From a virus: a DNA stretch of 64,000 nt. Shown one piece after another: positions 10,741 to 19,647 of the stretch (its first letter is position 1; each line of letters starts with the position of its first letter). Made by a program: the position numbers and the translations under genes. A model generated the notes under the pieces. It was not told the origin of the DNA. It did not search any database and was given only the letters and a program-made list of their open reading frames with translations. The stretch covers positions 27,866 through 91,865 of IMG/VR virus record IMGVR_UViG_3300030117_004654; one strand, 5' to 3'.

Positions 10741-12014
10741 AAGTAATCTCTCCATAAATGTTGTGACCATGATTTTTTAACATTACCTCCACCTTCAGGC
10801 GGTTCATCAGGTAATGCCCATCTTGGAATAGTTAGCCCTTCTTGCTTTGCTCGTTTTAATTCAGCATTAAATAATTCCTTTCTTTTTTCTTGGACTCTAG
10901 CAGCATCGAACAAAAATATACCTGTCTTCCCATCGTGCTTGAAAGTATCTAAAGTATAACGACCTAAATCCATTTGAGAAATAATAGTTCTAATTAATGA
11001 ATTAGAAATCCCTTGAATATAAAATGATTCTAATTGTCCTGCCAAATCTGCATTACCTGAAGCACGTAAAACCAAGTCACTTAGTTTTTCATCATTAGGG
11101 TCAATAATAAATTTAGTTTCCATTAACTTACGACGGTAAGCATTAAAGTTAATCTGCAATCTTTTGAATGGGGCATTAGCACTATGATAAACTGATTGGT
11201 CTTTAAGAATAACTTGCATTGTTTCAATTACTGCTGGAACTTGTTGTAATAATTCCCTTTGTCCTCTACCTTTAATCTGTAATTCTTCTAAAGGTTGTTC
11301 CTCAATCTCTTCTTCAAGTTTTCTCAATAAAGGTAATAGCCCTGTTGTAATAACATCACCGTCACCATCTGCAAAAAGGGCTTGCCAAAAAGGAGGCTTT
11401 GCTGTATTAGGACTTCTCTTAATCCAATCATCACCCATTTCAATATTAGGCTCATTTTTACCTTTAACTTCCTCTCTATACTTTACATAGGTAGGAGTTC
11501 TATAATGACCATAAACAGTTTCCCATTCATCTACACCATCAGCAGTTAAAGATTTAGGAACAGTAAATGGAATATTTCTAGGATTAGTTTTCTCATCTCT
11601 CTCAATCTCTTCTAAATCTTCAATGAAATCTTCTATCGCTAAAAGTTCCTTTGTCTTAAATGCATGAACATCCCCAATCATTTCCATTACTGAATCAATA
11701 ATATCCATAGAACCCTGTCTTTCAGGTTGTCCGGCTCTTTGATAACCACTATCAATATGTCTAGTAATATGTTCTAACAAACTCCTACTACCATGTTTAC
11801 CTGTAACACCAATAGAGTTCATAGTCTTACTTCTACAAGTATTATACCATGCAGTAATTTCTTTTTTAATTTTATTTAAAGAACTAGTAGTAATAACTTT
11901 TACTTTATCGCCACTATCTAATGTTTCTTCAGCAGCACCTTTCTTAGCCTTCTTAGTAGACTTTACAATAAAGTCCTCTAAAGCATAAGACTTTAGAACT
12001 TGTTGCCATGCCAT
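10737..12014 (-). CDS. Hypothetical protein, WxxILK-tag family (N- and C-terminal copies)
   Basis: Start MAWQQVLKS; C-terminus KKSWSQHLWRDYL. Confidence 0.75.
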   Translation of the reverse strand: MAWQQVLKSYALEDFIVKSTKKAKKGAAEETLDSGDKVKVITTSSLNKIKKEITAWYNTCRSKTMNSIGVTGKHGSRSLLEHITRHIDSGYQRAGQPERQGSMDIIDSVMEMIGDVHAFKTKELLAIEDFIEDLEEIERDEKTNPRNIPFTVPKSLTADGVDEWETVYGHYRTPTYVKYREEVKGKNEPNIEMGDDWIKRSPNTAKPPFWQALFADGDGDVITTGLLPLLRKLEEEIEEQPLEELQIKGRGQRELLQQVPAVIETMQVILKDQSVYHSANAPFKRLQINFNAYRRKLMETKFIIDPNDEKLSDLVLRASGNADLAGQLESFYIQGISNSLIRTIISQMDLGRYTLDTFKHDGKTGIFLFDAARVQEKRKELFNAELKRAKQEGLTIPRWALPDEPPEGGGNVKKSWSQHLWRDYL

Positions 12015-12019
12015 AATAA

Positions 12020-12280
12020 TCACTCAAATCCTTCATACATACTACAATAACCTTTTTCATTAACATCAACAAAATTTAATTGACATTCTCCATAGGCATT
12101 ATGTTTACAGGTTCTTGCTTCACACTTTCTAACCTTACATTTATCTTTTCCACCAAAACCTGCTTTTTGGTTTTTGGGTGGTTTATCATAAGATGCTGCT
12201 TTATCTTCTCTACGTTGACGCATCTCACGTAAATCATATTCACGTTCAGATTTTGGGTGCAATTGTTCTTTCCAACTCAT
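12020..12280 (-). CDS. Small Cys-rich (DUF1540-like) protein with degenerate tag
   Basis: MSWKEQL...; CEARTCKHNAYGEC...GYCSMY pattern. Confidence 0.55.
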   Translation of the reverse strand: MSWKEQLHPKSEREYDLREMRQRREDKAASYDKPPKNQKAGFGGKDKCKVRKCEARTCKHNAYGECQLNFVDVNEKGYCSMYEGFE

Positions 12281-12564
12281 ATTACACCACCTGTCCTAGT
12301 TACTTCATAAACCACTTTATTATCACCTTGTGATTTTAATTTAAAATGATATACTTCATAATAATCTCTACTCTCTTCTTCAATTTTAAATTCCTTAATA
12401 GGTTTACCTTTTTTCGCTCTCACAATTTTATCGGCTTTACCTTCTACGCCACTAAAAAGTCCCTCTTCAATTGGATTATTTCTATCATATACCCATTCTC
12501 CGATTGCACCTTTAGGGCCGGGTTTAAAATTAATTCTTGATTTTAATATGTCTTCCCAACTCAT
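12277..12564 (-). CDS. Hypothetical protein, WxxILK-tag family (start reassigned to 12564)
   Basis: MSWEDILKS with a GGTGA RBS upstream. Confidence 0.7.
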   Translation of the reverse strand: MSWEDILKSRINFKPGPKGAIGEWVYDRNNPIEEGLFSGVEGKADKIVRAKKGKPIKEFKIEEESRDYYEVYHFKLKSQGDNKVVYEVTRTGGVI

Positions 12565-12565
12565 T

Positions 12566-12913
12566 TTAATCACCAATTCTATCATATAGTGGCTGAATAT
12601 CTTCTTCAGCATGATTAAGACCTATTATTGGATAGTCTATTGTTTCCATTGGTAATGTAGCAAAATTTTCTAATTCCCTCATAATTTTTTTTATTTTATT
12701 CACATCATTAATTGGGTCTAATTTGTAAAGTGGATTTGTTATTTTATCAAATTGTTTCGCCCAATAAGCATCGCTACCATCTGAATACATTTCAAACGTT
12801 TGAATGCCATAACCTTCAAGTTCATTGTAGAGCCAATCCTTCCAAAGTTTTCTTATCATTTCCTCCAATGGAGGATATTCGGCATCTGTTTTCAATATAT
12901 CCTTCCAACTCAT
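12566..12913 (-). CDS. Hypothetical protein, WxxILK-tag family
   Basis: Begins MSWKDILKT. Confidence 0.75.
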   Translation of the reverse strand: MSWKDILKTDAEYPPLEEMIRKLWKDWLYNELEGYGIQTFEMYSDGSDAYWAKQFDKITNPLYKLDPINDVNKIKKIMRELENFATLPMETIDYPIIGLNHAEEDIQPLYDRIGD

Positions 12914-12914
12914 T

Positions 12915-14429
12915 TCAATCCCTCCAAAAATCTAATTCTTTAGGAACAATCAACTGTTCGTTTTCTTCTTCCTTTTTAGTTTTCTTTTTCTTTTTTCCAA
13001 CTACTTTATTGTTTATTAATCCGGGTGTTGAATTAGAAGCAGTTACAGGACCACCTTGTTTAAGAGCATCAAACCATGATTTTTCCATATTCTCCACATC
13101 ATCTTTTCTTCTTCCTCTATGTCCTCTTACAGGTCCACGCTGTTTCATTCTAATAGCCGCCTTACGCCTTTTTTCTTGTTCATCCTTAGTTCTTACTCTT
13201 TCTTCTTGTTTATCCGTGTCTGCTAAAAACTGTTGATAATTTTGTTGAATGGATGATAAACGAGATTTTTCTTTTTCTTTTTGTTCTCTATAATATCTAT
13301 CTCTTTTTTCTTGTTCTTCTCGCTTTTTACGTGCCAATCTTCTTTCAGATATTTCTGATAATTTTTTAGCATACTTGTCTAAATCTTGAGAAGAAGGTAA
13401 ACTATCACTTAACATCTTTTCATATTTTTCAAGAGCAGGTTGCACTGATTCCATTATTGCTGGTTCAGCAACTCTTTGAATTAAAAGTGTATCAATTAAT
13501 CTCCAAGGAGGGGTTTCATAAAGTTCCCAAAGATTTCTAACAGTAGAATCATCTAATGCTTCTTCATAAGCCTTTTTCCAAAAACCATTGAGAATTTCTA
13601 ATCTTTTTTCTTCTTTAGTAGAGATAGCATTAACAATATCACTTCTATAATATCTACTCTCTAAAGGTAAAAATGAGCCTAACGCACCACCTGTTCTAGT
13701 GAGTATTATATTAATATTTGACTCATGTTGTTTTCTGTTATCATCAGCCATTTTTTGAGACTTAGAAAGAAAATCCTGCATAGCAATTTTAACCCTACCT
13801 TTGCTAGAACCAACAAAGCGAAGAATTCTTGGGGAAGACTTAAGTGCATAATCCTTTAATGATTTCATATCATTAATACCTTTTGCTTCTTTTTCTGCCT
13901 CATGCTTTGCTCGCTTCTCTGTATCTAAAGCACCAATATTTCCGGGATGAAGAGGTTCTCTTTCTGGATATTTTCTTCTTTGACCCTGCATTATTTCTCT
14001 ACTTGGTTTAATAATATATTCAGTTGCATCAGGAAACTTATCACCTAATTGTGCTTCAATTTCAGATTTAACTTGAGCCTGTCTTTGTTTTCTAGGAACT
14101 TCAAATTTATAACCTGCGCGGATTAATTTCTGGTGTAAACTATCTTTACCTCTAGCGCGAGTAATAGGTCTATTTGTAACAAACTTAAAACCCCAATCAA
14201 GGTTCTTTTTAGCACCTCTCGGTGATTCAGTTAAAACCCCTTCTTCAGTAATTACTGCGGGGTCAACTTTTTGAATAGTGGGTCCACGAATAATACGAAT
14301 ATCTTCTTCACCTCTATCCCATGATTCTAGAATACTAATTAACACTTCTGGATTATATTCAAAATTAACTCTACGGCTCTTTTCGTCAAATTCAACAAGA
14401 GGTCTTTTAATAATATTTTCCCAACTCAT
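12915..14429 (-). CDS. Basic coiled-coil hypothetical protein, WxxILK-tag family
   Basis: Begins MSWENIIK; internal MEKSWFDALKQ near the C-terminus; poly-Lys tail. Confidence 0.8.
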   Translation of the reverse strand: MSWENIIKRPLVEFDEKSRRVNFEYNPEVLISILESWDRGEEDIRIIRGPTIQKVDPAVITEEGVLTESPRGAKKNLDWGFKFVTNRPITRARGKDSLHQKLIRAGYKFEVPRKQRQAQVKSEIEAQLGDKFPDATEYIIKPSREIMQGQRRKYPEREPLHPGNIGALDTEKRAKHEAEKEAKGINDMKSLKDYALKSSPRILRFVGSSKGRVKIAMQDFLSKSQKMADDNRKQHESNINIILTRTGGALGSFLPLESRYYRSDIVNAISTKEEKRLEILNGFWKKAYEEALDDSTVRNLWELYETPPWRLIDTLLIQRVAEPAIMESVQPALEKYEKMLSDSLPSSQDLDKYAKKLSEISERRLARKKREEQEKRDRYYREQKEKEKSRLSSIQQNYQQFLADTDKQEERVRTKDEQEKRRKAAIRMKQRGPVRGHRGRRKDDVENMEKSWFDALKQGGPVTASNSTPGLINNKVVGKKKKKTKKEEENEQLIVPKELDFWRD

Positions 14430-15070
14430 TTCTTACCACCTTTTATTCTTAAGATTCTATTTTTAAATGTAAGGGTTAAAAAGTTCCATTTTCTTTCCGC
14501 TTCCTGCCCAATAACATTTGCTAAATTTCTTTGAATAGGTTTTAATTCAAATCTTAACAAATCTTCAACCATATCTTCAATGCGACCCATCATATCATAA
14601 TTGTCTTTCAATTCTGCATATTTTAAATTCTTCTCACTAGAATAGGCAAACAACTCTTCCATAAATAACATTTCAGTATAATCGCCAACTAATCTTTTTA
14701 ACTCTTTTTGGCTACTAACAAAATTGTTAACATCTACATCTTTAACTAATTTTTTTAATTCCTTCTCAAACTTATTATATCTAGGTTGCATTTCACTTGC
14801 CATAGCCTGATGAGTAACTTCATGTGTATCTATATCAATTAGTAATTCAATAAAATCATCAATATCATTTGCGGTAACACCATCTTCTATTACACTTTCC
14901 CATACATTATCTAAAAATACTACCGCCCTATCTGTTTTTTCATCATATACCCCTAAAGATACAATAGGTTCTTTTGCAGTAGTGTTTGGATTAGTATCAT
15001 ATATTCCATCTTTTCTATCTAATTCACGTAATGATGTAGAAAGTTCAGCCTTCAATATATCTGTCCACAA
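14426..15070 (-). CDS. Putative zincin-like metallopeptidase, WxxILK-tag family
   Basis: TTG start with GGTGA RBS; MWTDILKA; DTHEVTHQAM (HExxH) and downstream EELFAY. Confidence 0.6.
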   Translation of the reverse strand: MWTDILKAELSTSLRELDRKDGIYDTNPNTTAKEPIVSLGVYDEKTDRAVVFLDNVWESVIEDGVTANDIDDFIELLIDIDTHEVTHQAMASEMQPRYNKFEKELKKLVKDVDVNNFVSSQKELKRLVGDYTEMLFMEELFAYSSEKNLKYAELKDNYDMMGRIEDMVEDLLRFELKPIQRNLANVIGQEAERKWNFLTLTFKNRILRIKGGKK

Positions 15071-15100
15071 AATATCACCAAATTTTTGGGGGAAATTTTT

Positions 15101-15418
15101 TTAAACAGGATGTTTTCCTACTTTAATTATACACGACATATACATATCGGACAATTTTCTAAATTTTTCTAAACTAGGATGAGTATAATCTTCTGTCATA
15201 TGGTCTTTGTATGCCGGAGGGTCATATTCACCTGTACGAGTATTAAAGGAATATTTATCATCCCATTCAATTAGGAAATCTTCAATATTACCCCATACTT
15301 TTTCAGCACCTTCAAGAGTTAAATCATGATTCGTATTAAACATTTTATTATATTCAGTAATAAGTTGTTTTTCACAAGGTCCGAATTCTTCATTTTTAAG
15401 TATATCCATCCAATTCAT
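15101..15418 (-). CDS. Hypothetical protein, WxxILK-tag family; first gene of the left-arm block
   Basis: Begins MNWMDILK; GGTGA RBS. Confidence 0.75.
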   Translation of the reverse strand: MNWMDILKNEEFGPCEKQLITEYNKMFNTNHDLTLEGAEKVWGNIEDFLIEWDDKYSFNTRTGEYDPPAYKDHMTEDYTHPSLEKFRKLSDMYMSCIIKVGKHPV

Positions 15419-15937
15419 CTAAAATCACCTTTATTTCTCAAAATTTGGGCTGTAATTTATGAGGCACTAGCAAAAATTTTTTTAAGTTAATTATTCTATT
15501 TCCAGTATAAGAACTAATGTTTATAAGAACGTAGTTTAAAAGTAAAGATTATAATCATTATATTTGAAAGTAAACATTAGTTTAATCATATTTAATGTTG
15601 GAATACTTGTAATGGTATGCAAACCTTATGGCCGAAGTTTGTTTTAAAGTTAACTTAATAAGTGTTTAATATAAACAATACGTGTAATATAATATAAATG
15701 TATAATGCACATTTGCCATAAGTGATACGACTTACAGTATGCGATATTGACTACCCTTCATATAGTCTTGCATAATACAGACAATATTTTATGTGCAAAA
15801 TAGCAAATAAGTCATTATTCCGCATTAATTTTAATTAAATAAAAAATCGGTGCAAAGCATATGGTTGTGTAAAACCTCATTTAATTTAATATACTGCTAT
15901 CATATGGTAATGTATTAACTTTGGGAAATACAATATT

Positions 15938-15950
15938 GCCCCGAAGGGCG
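15938..15950 (-). terminator. C(UUCG)G hairpin right after the stop of the minus-strand unit
   Basis: Minus strand reads taa-cgccc-ttcg-gggc. Confidence 0.55.
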
Positions 15951-16124
15951 TTATTTACAAGGATATCTTAAATCCTCTATCCGACCTCTAAATCGTTTAG
16001 GGTCGAAATTATAGTTATCAGTACCAAACATATTAACAAAAAATGTTATTGTTCGGTCTGAAGCGTCACTAAACGCTAATGTTTCAGCAATTGCCTCATA
16101 ATGCCGTCGTTGGAATTTACTCAT
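15951..16124 (-). CDS. Small phage-type hypothetical protein (start reassigned to 16124)
   Basis: MSKFQRRHYEAIAETL...DNYNFDPKRF; TAATG coupling; GGAGG upstream. Confidence 0.65.
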   Translation of the reverse strand: MSKFQRRHYEAIAETLAFSDASDRTITFFVNMFGTDNYNFDPKRFRGRIEDLRYPCK

Positions 16125-16243
16125 TAGTATTCCTCCACGCATTCAATACAGGCAAATTCGCCATCCCAGAGATAACCACCTTCAAGGTGAACTTCTATCT
16201 CTTTTCCGCAATTAGCGCATTCACAGTCATAACTTGTTGTCAT
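16124..16243 (-). CDS. 39-aa Zn-finger protein (not in ORF track)
   Basis: MTTSYDCECANCGKEIEVHLEGGYLWDGEFACIECVEEY; two CxxC; coupled on both sides. Confidence 0.6.
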   Translation of the reverse strand: MTTSYDCECANCGKEIEVHLEGGYLWDGEFACIECVEEY

Positions 16244-16428
16244 TCTTCTCCCTCCACTTCGTATTCAACTGTTGTTGGCTCATATAGTAATTTAGGCATA
16301 CCTACCTTATCCATATAATTAACGATAGCGTCAACCTGTTGCATATATTTCCAAATTGAACTGCTATACGCCTTCAAATCTGCTTTCGTCATTTCGTGCA
16401 TTTCCTCTACTGTTTTTATTTCATTCAT
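16240..16428 (-). CDS. Hypothetical protein
   Basis: 62 aa with strong AGGAGG RBS. Confidence 0.7.
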   Translation of the reverse strand: MNEIKTVEEMHEMTKADLKAYSSSIWKYMQQVDAIVNYMDKVGMPKLLYEPTTVEYEVEGEE

Positions 16429-16922
16429 ATTTACGCCTCCTTAAATTCCCAATAAATCCATTCTTCGTTCTCAATCATCATTATCAATTTGGCCATTTTA
16501 AAAGCCCCACTGTTCAAAAGGATACATTTTCATTCCTCGGCAATAAGAGCATTATTCAAATAGGTTTAGGGTGCGTGTAACCAAAGTTTACCTTACCATA
16601 TGGTATTACTTTGGAATACCTCACTAAGACATAATGTACAAATCCTCTTTATGCCCGACCGCAATCGGGTCGCTGTGCCTGAATAATTATTTAACCAATA
16701 ATAAGGGATACCTGCCAGATTCTCTAGCGAGAACGCTTCAATGCTAAAATAGTGAGAAGCAAGATTATTTTATAATCGTCATTTAGCGATGACCAGCGCA
16801 AACAAAAAAGTAACGATTTTTGGGGTAGTAAAAGTAGCCGTCGATTTCATTGGCCAAGAATGGAATTGGGGTTCGGTGAAATTTAGGGGATATGCTACCA
16901 AGGCATAATGAACCTCAGCACT

Positions 16923-16952
16923 TATTTCCTGAGCATGAAGTAAAACTGTTCA
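16923..16952 (+). ncRNA. Candidate H-type pseudoknot element, copy 1
   Basis: atttc-ctgagcat-gaagt stem/loop; loop tgagca can pair with downstream tgttca after an A-rich linker. Confidence 0.35.
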
Positions 16953-17300
16953 TTATATTCCACAGTGGGAAGAAAGAGAGTTAAAAGGCGATATTGTAAT
17001 AATAGACGACGAAGATTTATGCCCTAGTAAATTGTTGGTAACAGAAGTAGATGATTAGATGGCCATTCATTGAAGACGCAATTGAAGACGCATACCTAGT
17101 ATTCGGTATTAGCAAAAAAAGCAAACCTCTCGGACTTCCTTTTCTATTCTTAAGGCCCCATGCAGCCTTCTTGGGAAAGCCTCCCTTAATGTCTATTTAG
17201 CGATAGATGAGTAAAAGATGTGGCATTATGCATAATGGCCGTGTACGCACAGCGGGATATAAAAGGTGCAAGGCATTCATCAAATACAGGAGAAATAAAA

Positions 17301-17495
17301 ATGTTTGGAAGAAAAACAATAGCAATAGGAAATGAGCCAAAAATGACCTTAAAGGTTGGACACGATAGATATAATAATTTGATAATTAAAGAATTAAGAG
17401 TCAGCGGTGACTCAATTGATGAAGTAATTAGTCAATTAAAACAGAGCCTAGAAGAATTTAATCAAATGAAGGGAGAAATTCTTTTAGCAGAATAA
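17301..17495 (+). CDS. Hypothetical protein (start reassigned to 17301)
   Basis: MFGRKTIAIG... with AGGAG RBS and upstream TATAAAAG; followed by a ccc-ttcg-ggg hairpin. Confidence 0.65.
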   Translation: MFGRKTIAIGNEPKMTLKVGHDRYNNLIIKELRVSGDSIDEVISQLKQSLEEFNQMKGEILLAE

Positions 17496-17505
17496 CCCTT
17501 CGGGG
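17496..17505 (+). terminator. C(UUCG)G hairpin immediately after the stop
   Basis: taa-ccc-ttcg-ggg, same as the element at 15938-15950. Confidence 0.55.
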
Positions 17506-17644
17506 AATTGTTAGATTACCAAAGTTAATCACAACCATATGGTATTACTTTGGAATATTTACGTAGCCTCAATAATACATATAGAACAAATGCTCTTAAT
17601 GCAGGGCGGGTTAATACCGTTCTAATGGAGAAAATAAACAGGAG

Positions 17645-18190
17645 ATGAAAAAAATGGCAGATTATAGCATGACAGACGAAAAATGGAATAAGAACAAGTC
17701 TAAGGTAACTACATACCTTGAAAACAATGACTTGGGAGATATGGAAGCAGTTATTCGGTGGAACCTAAATCAAGGTGATACTGATGTTGATAACCGGAAA
17801 AGATTCTGGACAAGCATTACCACACTTTTTGGTATGCTACCGGACAGCCCAATTACCCGTGGGCGCGAATCGTCACTACCGGAAGAAGTCCAACAGACAA
17901 TCAATTCGATTGCTGTTCAATACGCAGAAGCGTTTTCTGCGCCTTTTGCGACGGACCCTCTTTTTGGTGAAATCGTTCGAAAGCATGGAAAGTCGGATTA
18001 CGCGGCTTATGATGATTCAGACGAATATGCAGAGGTATTGAAGAATTCAATGCGAAACTCTTTAACGAGTTATTACCGAAACCACATTAAGGGCAACGAT
18101 GGCCCACAGTGGGATGGTACAATGACTGACGGAATGGTAACAATTAACGTTATTTCGTCAGAATCTTCTTCACAGGAGGAAGAGGAGTAA
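17645..18190 (+). CDS. Cassette protein, paralog family A
   Basis: Shares W..I, SP..RG..S.LP, KHGK and W.G motifs with 19648..20136. Confidence 0.8.
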   Translation: MKKMADYSMTDEKWNKNKSKVTTYLENNDLGDMEAVIRWNLNQGDTDVDNRKRFWTSITTLFGMLPDSPITRGRESSLPEEVQQTINSIAVQYAEAFSAPFATDPLFGEIVRKHGKSDYAAYDDSDEYAEVLKNSMRNSLTSYYRNHIKGNDGPQWDGTMTDGMVTINVISSESSSQEEEE

Positions 18191-18219
18191 GGGTGGTAAA
18201 ATCCGCCCTGCACCCTTTA

Positions 18220-18259
18220 GAGGGTTATCGGCCTTAATCACAATAGGCCGGTAACTCTC
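18220..18259 (+). terminator. Long RNA hairpin after the cassette gene
   Basis: gagggttatcggcct/aggccggtaactctc, 15 bp including two G-U pairs. Confidence 0.55.
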
Positions 18260-18347
18260 AAATTGGGGCTACGCGTTATTCTCCAAAGTAGAACCATATG
18301 GTCATGCATTTATGCATATGACCTCAAAAATAGGGTATCTTAAAAAT

Positions 18348-18491
18348 ATGTACGAAAAACACGGCGAAAGAATTATAGAAGCATCTGTCTACATTCTATT
18401 TATTGCTGTATGTATTTATTACTTAGTAATAAATCCTGTTGAATGCACTAACCCAGATGGTTCAATGAATTCACTGTGTTATCCTCCATAA
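18348..18491 (+). CDS. 47-aa single-pass membrane protein (not in ORF track)
   Basis: MYEKHGERIIEASVYILFIAVCIYYLVINPVECTNPDGSMNSLCYPP; fills the gap between two palindromes. Confidence 0.55.
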   Translation: MYEKHGERIIEASVYILFIAVCIYYLVINPVECTNPDGSMNSLCYPP

Positions 18492-18584
18492 TCACTTAAT
18501 ACCATATGGTAATGAAAACTTTGTAACAGCACCCTAAGACATTAGACATTTTTGCCCTTAATACCCAAAGGGGGTTAACAAAAT

Positions 18585-18992
18585 ATGGAGATTGAGAAGT
18601 TTAACGAGCAAGTAGGCCGAATTAGTGAGTGGTTGGATAACATTGAGGATGATTCAATGGCGATTGCCATGCTAAGGCAACAAATTGATATTGAACCAGC
18701 AGATAACGATAAAGCCCGAAAGAAGCACATGGCAGGTTTGAAGACTTTGCTACAAATGAGCGAAAGAACTGATTTGCCCTCAGTAACTCGTTCACGCGGT
18801 CCACACCGTGAAGAGGTTTATGCTGAATCTGCAAACATCACAGAAAAAGCAGAAGCACTCTTTGAAGCCGCAGGTGCATTTATGCATAAATGGGACACCA
18901 AGGAGGAATATAGCGAGTGGTTTGTCAAGAATATCGCAGAAAGCCACCACAGACACCAAACAAAGACAGAAAACACCTCAAAGGGGGCTTAA
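18585..18992 (+). CDS. Cassette protein, probable distant member of paralog family A
   Basis: N-terminal EKFNEQVGRISEWLDN resembles EKWNKNKSKVTTYLEN; followed by a tgaccct/agggtca hairpin. Confidence 0.7.
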   Translation: MEIEKFNEQVGRISEWLDNIEDDSMAIAMLRQQIDIEPADNDKARKKHMAGLKTLLQMSERTDLPSVTRSRGPHREEVYAESANITEKAEALFEAAGAFMHKWDTKEEYSEWFVKNIAESHHRHQTKTENTSKGA

Positions 18993-19647
18993 TTGCCTCC
19001 TGACCCTTTTTAGGGTCAAAATATCTTTACCCCAAAGTTAGTAGATAAGACCATATGGTTGTAAATGAAATATATGATATTTCTCCGTCAGAAGGGCTTC
19101 TTTGCCCGTTTGAAATCTAACCAATATAAAAGGGGTACTGCGAGCCACAGAAAAATAATTGTCTGAAAATATGGGGGCTAAACTAAAGGTACGGCCCAAT
19201 TGACATATACGATATAGGATAGTATATCTGATAAGTATAATGATATATGATATTAAGATACTATACCACCCGCACAACATTAGAGTGCTTCTACCGGAGT
19301 ATTTACATGGGAGAGCCTTTTGTAAAATAAACAAAAGAATCTTTTAACCTAAAATGGCTGAGTGAAAAGATGAGATGAGAAGTTCAAATATGCCCTTCGC
19401 ACGTTCAAACTACATATTATCTCCTACATTTTGTACACGATAACGATGAAGTTCATACGCATTATGATGAAGATATTACGAAGAATAGGCTAAAGGTTAT
19501 TCTCTAATTATCATTATTATCAAATGATGTTTAAACTAAACCTTCATATACTCTACTATGGATGCAGACTTGCCCCGCAGGGGCCAATCAATACATAAGG
19601 ATTAAAACAAGATATAGAATTAAATTGATTGTATTTTTGAAACAAAG

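Larger units (their letters stand above)
15853..19059. repeat. Dispersed palindromic repeat ACCATATGGT with CCAAAGT/ACTTTGG arms (7 copies)
   Basis: Exact 10-mer at 16595, 17534, 18293, 18501, 19050; near-exact at 15857 and 15899; 24-nt identity accatatggtattactttggaata at 16595 and 17534. Confidence 0.9.

Noticed and set aside
16789-17058. Short possible ORFs (39-aa MTSANKKV...; a downstream acidic frame without a start codon)
   Set aside because: No clear RBS or start and too short to support; the region may be non-coding RNA or a decayed cassette
15853-19059. Palindromic repeats as a CRISPR array
   Set aside because: Spacing is irregular (tens of bp to ~940 bp), intervals contain genes, and the conserved core is only ~10 bp
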